Shown: piece after piece, positions 11,311-24,053 of the stretch
How positions within the stretch are numbered: the stretch's first letter is position 1
Layout: each line of letters begins with the position of its first letter
NCBI GenBank assembly: GCA_040954595.2
Contig: CM082593.2
Location: 1,684,901-1,748,900, forward strand
Direction of reading: 5' to 3'
DNA from: Balanoglossus misakiensis
Taxonomy: Eukaryota; Animalia; Hemichordata
Length of the DNA stretch: 64,000 nt
Notes under the pieces: generated by a model
Database searches by the model: none
Told to the model about the DNA's origin: nothing
Seen by the model: only the letters and a program-made list of their open reading frames with translations
Translations under genes and position numbers: made by a program

Positions 11311-13967
11311 TAACTCTGCTGCTCTGATTACGGTTGCACATGTGAGATGTTGTCAGCAGATTGTCGTGGACCGAGGTTGTGTTGCTGCGAACGAGGCTGG
11401 GCTTCTGCTACAATAGTGCAGTGCGCATGCCCAAGGTACACACGAGGAATCGATGGAGAAACATACAAGTTACAGCAGCTGCTTTTATTACACCGATTTT
11501 ATATCTTATTATGAGATTATCCGGGTATAATCCCTAGTGAAACTTCACTCTGGACTTGACGATTCGACTCAATCGACCCAGGATCTTGGCCACGTGGTGT
11601 CTATCGGTTTTTAGAGGCTGGGTAGGCGCGAAGTCGCGTAGCATTGGGACTGTTTGTATCCGACGATTACTAGTAATTAACTTCGACACAGACCCATTCC
11701 AAGCTGTGTCTTATGAGGCCCGGACGGGGGTTACCGTCCGACCAGTAGTTAAACGATCAACGTGTGGCAGCGTGAGGATTTTTGGCGGGAAATTTGGTGG
11801 GTGGGGGTATTCAGAGTGAATGGATTGAGTGTTTTTGTGTCCTTATCGTGCACAGTCCATGACACGTGTTTTAGGTCTCTCCGCCATGGCCAACTTGGAG
11901 GCAGTTTGTAGTGAGGGTTCCCCCGTACGAAATGTGCGGCCTCATTTGCAGACTTGGGAGACTTTGACACGTGTTTGCACTGTGTTTTTGTCGGTCTGTT
12001 TCCTTTACCAGGGCTTTTATGGTGTTATTATAGTGTTATAATACATGAATAGTTTGGCTCTGAGGATTGGAAAACATATCACCTTGCAGTTCAGAATATT
12101 TGTAGCCCATTTTGATGATTATCATTCTTTACATCCTGTTGGGATGGGCAGTAGTCAGTACCCTAGGCGTCAGCGGAAATGAATGCAGTATTATGGGTTT
12201 ACTGGTCTGATCAGAAGTATTTTGCTGGATTTGAATCCTGTGAAATACAGTTTGTTTGTGCATGGGTAGCTGTTGCAACCCCAGGCAGGCAGGAAATCTA
12301 ATGTCTTATGCCAGAACAGATGACTTAGGTTGTACTTACGCAAGGAAAAACTGAAGGAAGTTTCTGTGTGCCTTGTGTAGGGATTTCCAGTAGTTAATGT
12401 ATGGAAAGGAACTAAAGTGGGAAGTTTATTGTAGTTAATGTTACTGTTGAGATAGTGTTATGGTACTGCAGCTCACAGGGCACTCTCTGAATGTTTAGAG
12501 TTTATTGAACTCTGGATGCTGCTGTTCTAGGTACATAAATGTGCTCCCATAGACAGATTCAAGTTCAAGTTGTGTAAATTGAAGCATGCTAAAGTATTTA
12601 TTGTATTTATATGGCAACAATATAGATTTTGCAATTAATTATAACAAGACCTAAAACAAAGTTCATAATTCAATTGGCCCTTAGCAACCAATTTGACTCA
12701 GTCATAAACATGACTAGCAAAATGTCTTGATTTACCACAGAGTACAGGGCAATAAATCCTCTTCATTTCTGTAAAGAGTAATGGTGCAGTCATGACAGCC
12801 TGTTTAAGAACTATATGTTATATGATATACTATTCACAGCTTCATTTGTGTGAATCAACAGCTATCAGACCCTGAAGTGCATTTTATAAATTTACCTGAG
12901 CCATAGATCCACAGTTTTCTAATTCATAGCAATATATTACTGCCCCCAACGTCGAGTCAGCTCCTTTTAAGATCCTGTTTAATCAGATTGGAGAGAGCTG
13001 CTGTTTTAGTTTTACTCCACATGCTCAGAGCTCAGAATTGTCACTTCACATATGCAGCTCTGCAAAATTCATCATATTGGAAGAGAAACAAAAGAAACAG
13101 TTTTATATGACTGTGGATACATTTGAAGGAATTATTGTAATTTATTCTCCAAAAAGAACACAAATATAAACACAAACATACAATTCATAGTCATAAGACA
13201 TACTCAAGTGACTTGATATGCAGATTTTCATGTCAATCATGGCATCAACATGAAAATCTAAGGAAAGATTTGGAGTAGGCTGCCAATAGTGTCAGGATAG
13301 AAATCCTGTGATTGAATGTTAATGCTTTCAGTTCCCTCAGTGCATTGACACACCAGTTAAATTAATGATGTTATCAGCTCCAGATATATACAATTATCCC
13401 ATTAATCTTCTATTCCATTACCGGCCATGGCACATTTTATTATACACCGGAGGGAATAAACTGAAAAGTATTACTTGTTAATCTAGATGCTGTTGCACAC
13501 CCCCTCTTTACCAGAATGTAGTGGTGAAGTTGAAGGCTACATAAGTGTGGACAACACATGGATGCCAGAATCAGGACCTCTTGTTGATTATTTGCTGCCA
13601 CCAACGTCCATGGATGAAAAAAAACATAAAAAACTTTCTCTGTATTTCTATAGGTCATGATTGACAGTACAAGTTACTTTTTCCATACACATGCGAGTAT
13701 ACAGACCAATGGACAACAATTGAATGTTTTTAGATATTCCACTTTGAAGATTTTTGTGAATCTGAAATGACTTATTCGGCAAATCTGCCCCTTTTCACCA
13801 GGACATGAGCTCTGTGCTGTTAACCATATAAATCAGAGCTGGGGATAACTAAGTAAAATGACAATAAAGAACTATACCAAATGGTCAATGAAGTTGCAAT
13901 TTTGAGTCTTCTTGTAAATGAGGCTGAGACATCACTGGCACCAAGCATGGGCAAGAGACAAAAGTGG

Positions 13968-14828
13968 AACCTTTGCACTCTGACAATAGTGGCATTTATT
14001 TGGACTATTGACTGTATTGAAACAAACCACAATTTAAGAACATCATATTGACTGAAATAGTTTGGAGAGGAAAGAAAAAGTGCCTCGGCTCACAGTGCTT
14101 TTTCCCAATACGCCACTGAAATGTTCCTTTGCATCTGTCTATCATCCGAACACAATACTCAGTGGTGAAGCGAGTTCATCCAGTCATCAGTGCAACTGTA
14201 TTCTAGCAGAGCCAACAGGAGGGAACCTCAACATTGGCAGAAAGGAGGCCAGGAACGAGAGGAGAGAGACTCCAGTGATGTCATCTGATGGTCACCAACC
14301 AATCGACGTTTCAATTTGGATCCTTGAAGATGTCCAGCACAGGTATTTACAAAAACACCACAGCCATAATAACATTTGATCAATGCGACTTTTCCAATGG
14401 ATAGAACTTGTATTCTGACAATATTGGCATTTATTTGGACTGCAGCTTTGAAACAAACCACATCATATTGACTGAAATAGTTTGAACAGGAAAGAAAAAG
14501 TGGTTTGACTCACAGTTAGGTGCTTTTTCCCAATATGCCACTGAAATGTTTGTTTGCATCTGTCTATTGGCCGAACACAATACTCAATGGTGCAGCAAGT
14601 TCATCTAGTCATCAGTGCAACAGTATTCTAGCAGATCCAACATTAGGTAACCTCACCAGCGACAGAAAGGCCAGGAACGAGAGGAGAGAGACTCCAGCGA
14701 TGTCATCTGATGGTCACCATCCAATCGACGTTTCCATTTGGATCCTTCAGATGTTGAAGATGTCCAGCACAGGTATTTACAGAAACACCACAGGGATAAT
14801 GACATTTGATCGATGTGACTTTTCCAAT
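13968..14828. repeat. Diverged tandem duplication, two units of about 430 bp
   Basis: Units at about 13968-14398 and 14404-14828 share long blocks (catcatattgactgaaatagttt, ggccaggaacgagaggagagagactccag, gatgtcatctgatggtcacca) with substitutions and small indels. Confidence 0.92.
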
Positions 14829-15133
14829 AACTTGTAGACTTGACAGTTGTAGGACTTGATGTCTTTTTGCATGGAACTTTAAACAACGCATGTGGGTAAG
14901 TTAGTCTTATTTTTTTCTGTGAACAATGTTTTTGGTTCTAAACATTGTTTACCAACAACAGAGTTTTCAATTTTTCCAGCATCTGACTCATCTAGGTTTT
15001 GGGCAATCGAATACAAGGCATCATTGCCCAGGATCATGATGTTTGCTGCTGGTGAAATTTTGTGCTCTGTGCTCAAGTTGACATATTGGTGACGCATAGT
15101 TTTGTGTGGCCATCATGTTACAGCGGACGGCAT

Positions 15134-15527
15134 TTGCTAGACACTGGGTTGTTGGAAGTTGTGGGTTAGAGAGTCCACTCAGTTCCAGTGAAAATTGTAC
15201 TTTCTCTACTCAAGAGTGGATATTGGTGGATATTTGCTCTCCCTGAGGCTGTCTTATAGTTAAGCTTTGTAAACAAACTTGTATTTGCAGGGATTCAAAT
15301 AGCAAGCTAGCAAGCGGGCGTGCACTCACTTGATTTGCATACATTAACATATGCACAGACAATCACAAACACACTACCTGTGTAAATGTGCAGCGAATGT
15401 TTCCATTGCTCAACTTATTGTAAGATAGCCTCAGGGACAGTACTATACCAGCAATGCTGCCAACTCAGGACAGAAAGTTGTAGTGTATCTTAACCCACAG
15501 CTTCCCATCAATTGACGTGTCAAGCAA
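15134..15527. mobile_element. Degenerate foldback/MITE-like inverted-repeat element (about 394 bp)
   Basis: Outer arms ttgctagacac..ggaagttgtgggttaga / tcttaacccacagcttcc..gtgtcaagcaa; inner arms ccctgaggctgtcttatagttaag / cttattgtaagatagcctcaggg. Confidence 0.75.
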
Positions 15528-15788
15528 GTTAAGTCCACATACAAAACTTCACATAACAGACAAACACAAACACTTATCATATATACATACTTCCTTGAGT
15601 ATTCACGACGTGGAAGGACTGTTCAGAAACATGTAAACAATTGTTGACCAAAGTTTACCAGTCGAAAAATAAAATCAAAAGCTGGGAAAGCTTTTGATAA
15701 AGTGTTTCAAAATATTAACTGTATTGGTCAGCAACAATTGTTACAGTGGAACACTCCTTTCAGGCCAGTGTTTATCAGGGCAACGTCA

Positions 15789-15885
15789 CAGAGAAGAATT
15801 GAAGATAAGCGTTCATCAAGATAACATCAGAGAGAAGACTTTAAGGTAAGCGTTTATGAAGACAACAGAGAAGAATTTTCAGAAG
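15789..15885. repeat. Minisatellite, about 39-bp unit, roughly 2.4 copies
   Basis: cagagaagaattgaagataagcgttcatcaagataacat / cagagagaagactttaaggtaagcgtttatgaagacaa / cagagaagaattt. Confidence 0.7.
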
Positions 15886-16483
15886 AGGAGCCAGGATTTC
15901 ATGACAGCTTTTCCCAACAGAGATCTCAATGTCGCCAGCACAGACTCTTTGGCTAACATCCAGAACAAAACAATAGATCAGATTGATTAATCAAACCTGG
16001 TCAATTTCTGTGTGGGGAAAAGTTGGAATGTGTTCTTCATAACCATGATATTATGCGCGATAAAGTATGATATACAAAGCGGCTGTAACGTCCTGCTATA
16101 TAAGGAAGCAAGAAGCTTTTATGATTATCGACGACTTAGAGTCAACCCTGTTGTTTTTAAACTATAGATCATTACAGTTTCAGTACGTGTCCCGATAATG
16201 TAATCTTCATAGCTATCACACTGCGTGAGAGGAAATGTTGTCATTATGGTATTTTATGTAAACTACCAGGCGTAGATGGCGCTAGACATGAAACTCACTG
16301 TTAGGAATGTTGACGATGACTTTTGAGACTTTTAACTTTAGTACAAGCTGGTTTAAGGATTCATGAAAAACAAATCAACAGCCACATTCTTACGGCTACC
16401 AAGCCGTTCTGGACAAACCAATGATTTGTACCGTAACTCAACAAACACTAATTGACACTGAATATATGACGACAAATGTAACA

Positions 16484-16489
16484 TTTATT
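16484..16489 (-). promoter_or_regulatory. Candidate polyadenylation signal of GPCR 2 (implies a 3' UTR of about 1.9 kb)
   Basis: AATAAA on - followed by GT-rich sequence (gtgtttgttg); 16.5-18.4 kb is U-rich on the - strand, like a 3' UTR. Confidence 0.45.
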
Positions 16490-17479
16490 GGCAAACGTCA
16501 AAAAGTTAACTCCCCAAATTTTCAAACAGCAGTATACCGTTAAGAAAATTCACTTGATTTAGGAAATGCCAGTCTAGTATATAATCTTAAATTGGCAACA
16601 ACAACTCAAATCTTACCTGTCGCCACTGTAGATTTCTGTGGAATATTGACGATTGCATCTATACATGTACACCCACGCAAGAATAATCAATGGATACATT
16701 CTTAGAAGAATATACACCTAAACATTACAAAAAAGTAGCTGCATGGTTATCATATCGGTATTTGAATTCCATAAGCGTGATTCAACATAGTGTTGCTATG
16801 GTTTTTGACATAAAAATAGGTGGCTGACAATAAAATTTAATCTAGTCCGTCTGACAACTTGTGCAAAAAATTAATGTTACCTTTGTTCATAAATGAACAT
16901 TGTTATATATCATCTATGCAACAGTACTCGTGTCTGAGACATGGCATTACATTCTGAAGACAGTAATCAGTCTCACTAGTGAATTTTATATCAATGTATA
17001 GTGATATGTGAGCAATAATATATTCTATGGTGTTAATTAAAGACATCAGTTATCAAAGTACAATGAAACAGTACACGGCAATAAATAGATGACAGTTATC
17101 AATTAAACATTTAAAACAATAATAAATGTCCATAAACGGGATGGACCATTTAATTGCACATGACATCTGAATATTGAGGAAAATTATCTAACTTTCCTAT
17201 TGCCAATTTATACCTATATTCTCCCATGTACAAATTTACAAAATATAGTCATTAAAACAGGACAATGATTAGGGAATAATGTGACTATAACTTAACGTAA
17301 TTTACAATAATTTAAAGTGATGTGATTGGTTAATTCAAGTATGATACATGATAGAAAACACGAAAACGGCATTGCAACTACAGTGCTCAGGAATTACAAC
17401 AAATATAAATACATAAACATTTTCATCTGCTGGCAGATATAATACATTTCAAGTAAATTTCATCATAAAATGAAAATTG

Positions 17480-17481
<2 letters not shown>

Positions 17482-17511
<30 letters not shown>

Positions 17512-17578
17512 TGTATGTATGTATGTATGTATGTATGTATGTATGTATGTATGTATACATATGTATGTATGTATGTAT
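17482..17578. repeat. (TATG)n microsatellite in the predicted 3' UTR of GPCR 2
   Basis: About 24 near-perfect tetranucleotide units; explains the MYVCMYVC ORFs. Confidence 0.97.
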
Positions 17579-18408
17579 CAATGGCCATAAAACAAAAGAA
17601 TTTTACCTCATTATTCATTTCCTTAAAACTGAGTTTAGTTACTGTACTTTCAACACACTTTACAATAAATTTATCAGATCGGTTATCAGAATCCCTGAGA
17701 CAATTTCTTACTCATATTGTATTCATTAATAGTTTTGTCTGAAATTAATGGCCGTGAATGCAAAATAATTGGATATCCTTGAATGTTCATTTCAATTTTT
17801 TAATGCATTTTTCAACATAACCTTTTAAAACGATACTGTGGAATTCAAATTGCTAGGCAATGTCTTGTAGCAGGAATTTTCAGAATGAATGAAATGCAAG
17901 GAAAAGTTTTAATGAATGTTTTTCAAACTCATGAATATAGGACCTAGTAAAATATTGCATGTGCAACACGTACATACAACTGCACATCCTTTATGTCATT
18001 TGGAATCCAAAATATCATTGTCGCATCTTTACTTTAAAGATGTGTACAGTCAAAATGATGAATCACATTTAGTTAATGATAATGCTTTGCTTTACTGCAA
18101 CATGTCATCTGTCAGGAACTCTGTGTAGTTGGTTCAAGTTATAACAGTCACCATACAGTAAAGAAACTCAGTACAATAGAAAACACATTCTGATGATGAC
18201 AAATGAGAAGATAACCACATGAAGTCTGGATCCCTGCTCCAGTTCTACCACTATAGCTGTGCTAACAAACTAAATTAGGTGTGCGCCACATTGCCAAGAT
18301 TCTGGATATACTGGAGCATACCCAACTCTTCATAATCATAGGGGCATATCAGATCAGGGAAACAGACTAATGTAGTATGTTAGGTACATGATTGACCCTG
18401 GAACTTTT

Positions 18409-18586
18409 TCACATAACATGCTCCACTGGGTGGTGGTGGTCTGTAGTTGTTTCGATAGAGCCATTTCTTGATAATTTTGATGAGTGTGTACTGCCACTGA
18501 TTGTACTTGGGCGCATGGTTCGTCGGTAGGGTTCCGTTTTGATGAACGGGCAAAAGCGAAGGGCGCGTTTGAATCCTCTTCGGAAT
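18409..18586 (-). CDS. TACR: Tachykinin receptor-like GPCR 2, terminal coding exon
   Basis: Acceptor ccgcag|A completes Arg; encodes FRRGFKRALRFCPFI (compare NK1R FRLGFKHAFRCCPFI), a Ser/Thr-rich tail and TGA at 18411-18409. Exons sum to 677+151+197+178=1203 nt, i.e. 400 aa plus stop. Confidence 0.92.
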
Positions 18587-19900
18587 CTGCGGCAGTTAGG
18601 GCATTTATAAAACAAGAAATAAAGACTTGGGTAAACAATAGAGAACATGTATAAAGGATTAAAATTAAAAAAGATGAGGTTGTTGTAATTTAGTTGGCTT
18701 TCATGGGTTTACGATAGTAATATCGCAAACTTTTTCTCCTCGAAAGGGTAAAAAACCAGGAGAGAGAGAGTTAACACAGAAAGGATTTCCAGTCATTTAG
18801 AATTTAATGTAGGTATTATGGAAGTATTGTATGAAAAAGAATGTCTTCGACTTTCAATCATGGTGTCAGAACAGTAAATTTGCCCGTGTAAAACATGCCT
18901 CTATAAACATGCTGAATGACCACAGTGCTTTTAAGTCTACTCTAAATACAACTTTTAACATAAATTTACCAGCGAAGTCGCAACGTCAATAAAAAGGGAT
19001 AAGCTTGCAGTCCTAAAAATCCCTTTAGTACCAACCATTCCTCATGTTTGTATTACCCTGAATGGTCATAAATTACTGACAAGCATCATCAGTCCATGTC
19101 GCGAGCAAAAGCTGGTTTTAGCGATACCAGTTTCTTGATCTAGCAGAAGCTTTGTAATGCTCTATATTAGTGGAACGTTACGTACACTCGACTTAATTTA
19201 TATGCATCTAAAATACTGGATCACAATGGTTGTGTCTTTATGACGTAGCAATAGTGTACATCGGATATTCAGCGTTGATTACACAAATGCAAATTACAGT
19301 TTTTCCGAGTATGATGACCGGGGTATCTTTCTTAAAATGACATTAATAGGAATAATTTTCTAATGTCTGTCGTCATAGTGATGAAATATTACCATAGACA
19401 CACACCATGGATATAAAAACTGTACTAAGTAATGATACCTAAGCTCAGTGTGATATAATTTTGTAATGAGGTAACTTTCTAATATATCATTTACGATTCA
19501 TGGAAATATGAATGCATGTCTCAACAGGAAGTGGTTGCCCAGGAAATATCTGAAAAATATGTTTTTCATAACCATCTCGGTGGCAATTTTTTATGAGATA
19601 GCTACCACAAAGAGGTAAAGATAAATGTAGCAATTAAGTGTGTCGCAGTCGCTTTAACTTAAAACACGAGTAGTATACAATCCATCTACAATGTAGAAAC
19701 TTTGAAAATTGTATCTCTTCCCTGTATACCTTCCCAAGTTAATAACCTCATACATTGAGGAAGAAACAACTTACTCAGTACCGTAACTTGCAGAATTTAC
19801 TGCCGTGATTTAAGCTACAATTGTATATGTTTCCGCTTACCGATAGATTCTGTTTCCCTCTAGCCCAACCCCCACACATGTTCCGACTGCCCTTATCAGA

Positions 19901-19945
19901 AACACACACACACATACATACTGGTACATACACTTACACACACAC
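19901..19945. repeat. Imperfect (CA)n tract near the 5' end of GPCR 2 intron 3
   Basis: acacacacacacatacata...cacttacacacacac. Confidence 0.7.
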
Positions 19946-19987
19946 TTTTTCTCTCGACTTAATACATGAAGTACTGTAATCTACTAC

Positions 19988-20184
19988 CTGTCATTCATCC
20001 AGCAATAGATAAATGGATTGTACATGGAGTTACTCATTGCCAGCCAGAAGATCCCTAGATACACTTGCTGCATGTGTTTTCGTTCGTACAAATACATGTG
20101 GTATCTGGTCATTAGCAAGAAAGTGTGCAGAGGCAACCAACAGACAGCAAACACTAGCAGCACAAATATCATCATCTTCACCAC
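19988..20184 (-). CDS. TACR: Tachykinin receptor-like GPCR 2, exon 3 (TM6-TM7)
   Basis: Acceptor ttttctccag|GTG; encodes VVKMMIFVLLVFAVCWLPLH...QQVYLGIFWLAMSNSMYNPFIYCWMND; donor AG|gtagta; 197 nt, phase 0/2. Confidence 0.95.
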
Positions 20185-23100
20185 CTGGAGAAAAAAAAGT
20201 AGATAAACGCAATCATAATAGAGTGTACATGTATTCGTGTTGAAGGAGAATGTGATAGCGCCTCTGTCTTTTATCTGTTTAATGCGACGCAGCCTTTTCA
20301 TGGTAAAGGAGGGTACTACTTTTGCTGTCAAACCTCTTGTCAAGTAAATTTTGCAATTGATGGGGCAGCATAAACACGAATGTTTATGGTGATCAACGTC
20401 TGCTGGGTGAAATTTGTTGGCTGACGTGTGCAGGTCATTTGTCACTGGCATATCGATCGATGAACAGTAAAGTCAGTTAGATTTCGCCAGAAAACAATAT
20501 GACTTTAACTGTTAGTGAAGAAAAGACGGCAACAAGGAGATTTATTATTTTTGGAGGAGGGGAGTAGTTCCAGATGCTTTCGGCTTTACGTTGGAGATAT
20601 ATTTTCAATTGAAACTTTGAATACACACTGATTTGTTTCCTTCCACTACGTGCTGTACGCATGCTGTTTTATTCACAGTAAGTGTACTATTCAAATCGAT
20701 GACGGAATGCAATTACAGGAAAGCTTCTTCTAGATTGCATGGATGTTGGAAACAGTACTTAACGTTCTTACTGTTGACTCAAAGATTAACATTCCCCCAA
20801 TTCTATCTGAAAACCAACTGATGGTAGATGTTATACTGCAAAAGTTTTGGTTATCAATGAATACGTGCCATTAGTCATCACTTTTCCTGATGCTACAAGC
20901 AAGGTGACAGTGTTGGCATTTAGTAAATCACGTTACAACAACAATATGTAATCAACGTGATGATTGACTGAATTTAAGTATATTGGGTGACACGCATGCA
21001 AAGTTGATGTTAATTCTGAACGAAAACTAAATCTGGATGTGCTAGCACAAGCAACAGTTTTCTTGTATTCCATAATCAAGATACTTAAATATTGTCATTA
21101 CCCGCTGGGTGATAAGCATGCATACCGGTCAATTTTTCAGGATTTGTAAAGATTTTCTAAAGAGCTGTTCTGAAGTAATCTTAGATGAAATAAACATAGA
21201 TTCACATAAATTGAGGAAGTTTTACAATGATTCATCGGAAACACTGGATTTGCATGCATTATAAAAAGTACACCTTAAATCAAGACAGGATTACTGACAC
21301 GGGACATGCAATGTACATGTAAATTAGTTGTTAATATCGCATAGACAAAGGATCTAAATTAAATGAACTGCACTGGTAAATTATGCTGTCTGGTCGTACA
21401 ACTGGCGATTTAAAGGGCATGTTTGCAAAGTAGCTATTATGCTGGAGTTGGTGATGGCTTTATGGCATATAACGGCCATTCTCCATTCATTAGCGATCTC
21501 TTAAACGGACTCATCACGCACGAGTCTCATAACCTGCCGCGCGCACCCATGCCGGGCTTTTCCTTGGTGGAGTGTGTGAACCCACGCGTTCCAGCGGAGG
21601 CGGCAACATAAAAAAAACCTGAAACATCATCTCAAATTAATGTAGGATTTGATAAGGCGAATCAAATGACTTCTTAACCTGTCCAAATAGTTTACTTTCA
21701 TAGGTTCATGACATATCTCAAAGAGCATAATCTTTACGCATATCCACGCTTGTGTTAATATGAAAGACCTTATTTAGAGCTGATATAATGTACGTTAAGA
21801 AACATGGAAGTTATTTGACAGGTGATACTATCGTGTTGAGATTTCATTTGTATCGTACATTACATTTATATTCATGTGGTTAAATGTCGAGGATTAGGTT
21901 GCACCTGTTATGCTGTGCAACTCAGCAGTTGGAAGAAGTGATCAAAGGAACCTTTTTGCAGGAGTTAATGTATAAAAGTTTGATGCGTTAAGCCTAGAGT
22001 GAAAAACCAGCGGGCACACTAAATTGAATGTTTCGTGATGTAAAGCCAGGAAAGAAGAAAGGGCGACAGCTGCGCAGATTGTAATCTCTTTGAAATTTCC
22101 TAAAGCCACGATGAATAGAACCGTTAACTAGTGACAGAATGTGCATTGGAGCAGCTATTCCGACCAAGTGTAACAATCGTTGATGTAATGTAGAAGAATT
22201 TGGATAATTTGTTTGCCGACTTCAAAGTGAAAGTATAGGCTTAGAGGAGTTGAACATACATACATGTATCTGGGGAAATTTTATCGCAATGCTTTGAGAT
22301 ACGGTCTGGGAACAGGTAATCAAATTCCAGTAGACTGGTCAGAGAATATAAGATTTAATTGTGTCCCCTGAATTAGTAATTGCCTCTGGTACTTCTAATT
22401 TTGACGAAGATCTGAGAGACAATAATTTGGTAAAGATCTAAGAAACAACTCTCAGGGCTAAAGCCATCCTCTTGCAATTAGTACACACAACGTGTACTAG
22501 AATAAAGACATTGTCTGTTTTATATATTAGGATTCCATGGGCAGAGACTGCCGGAAATAAACTGGTCAAGTTGCAGTGTAAAACAGAATCAAATTGAATT
22601 CATTTTCAAGACCAAAGTGTCCCTATTGGACTGAAACAATTGAATTTCCCGTTTTCTTTGAAGTCTCGGCTTCCATGGGCTGAATAATCCATTTATTTAT
22701 TTTGTACATGCTCTGTGCCTCAAATGATGTGGCTATTTAAGCTAAAATGAGAAAGCAGATTGAAACCGTGCCATTATTCTACTTCTGCAGTGATCTAAAT
22801 CTTAAAGTAACAGAACTTTGCTCTTTGTTCATGTTCACTAAACTGTATTCTGTTCAAGAGAACAAATTCTCGCTATTCAAACTAGAGCGTAAGTATTCCC
22901 AGTATAATTATGTAGAAGGAAATGAAACCATATGATACACACGATAAATGTTTTCAGAAGCTCTTTGCAACACAGTATTTTAATTCAGCTAATATATATT
23001 ATGGGTTTTCCGTCTTTCCAAGCACCATGAATCGATTTTAAGTTTCCAGTGTAGTATTGTTCTTTGGACCTTAATCATGTAGTAAGTTAAAATAGCTACG

Positions 23101-24053
23101 CAATTAATAACACGCAAATGTGCTTGGGACGCAGGTGCCATTAAATGCGGTTCCGTAATTATCAGCCAGTTTGTTTTCATAGCCATAATGTAAAAACGTA
23201 ACTCAAAACTAGAGGTTATTCATAATTTTCCGAGACTACATACAGCGCTATAGACCATTATGAATAACAGGTCTTTATGCCCACGGACTTGGTAAGAAAT
23301 GCATAGCTTTTTGACAAAACGGATCAGCCTAATATTTTCTGTACAGGTATTTCTTAACTTCCTTGCAATCATGTTGCTAAGCAACAGACACTGGTGCATC
23401 TTTGAGTTGGTACGAATAGAGGGAAACACTGAGAAGAGTGGATTATTATTATCACCGTGTATATTGTTTCAAGTATATGTCTCAGTATTTATAATGTTGG
23501 TACCCAGGATAAGTTCACTTGGCTTTCTTAACAAATCTCTCTGTCGCCAGATGCAATATGAATGAGTTAATGTTTTTCTCCATACTGTGAATCAATGTCA
23601 CTGTTATCTGAGTACACTGTATATTTTCTGTATCTGCCACTGACTAAATATGTAAATTTTTTTCTGCATTACTACTCATTGGCTACGCCTTATACCATGT
23701 CATGAAGTGGTGAAAATGCATACTTCATGCATAAATCTGCTATGCAAGGATGCACTATACTGTCAGTTACAAAAATTGCCATTTGTCAATAGCAATTGGT
23801 TAGCAATCCTTCACATTGACAACATGCAGGAAGTATGCACTTCAAGTTCAAAAAATATTATTGCACAACTTTACCAAACATTTTAGCACACCAAAATTCC
23901 ACTGGCCATATATCAAGAGGCTTTCTTGCATAACCTTCCCAGGTATCGCGAGATTCACAGTGCCCAAACTACTCCAACTTGGTTATACAAGAGAACCACT
24001 TCCTATCTGGCCCTGGAATTGTGACGGCGTGTGACACCTACCTTTCTCCTTAC

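Noticed and set aside
11711-11750. Hammerhead ribozyme or Helitron 3' end at cttatgag...hairpin
   Set aside because: The core is CTTATGA, not CTGATGA; no GAAA follows the stem, and there is no CTRR terminus at the expected position.
17470-17742. MYVC-repeat ORFs
   Set aside because: Translations of the (TATG)n microsatellite.
20185-20451. N-terminal part of the 155-aa minus ORF
   Set aside because: Lies upstream of a strong polypyrimidine/AG acceptor; intronic.
21500-21530. TGATGAGTCCG on - resembling a hammerhead core
   Set aside because: Lacks the leading C and the GGACGAAA return strand.
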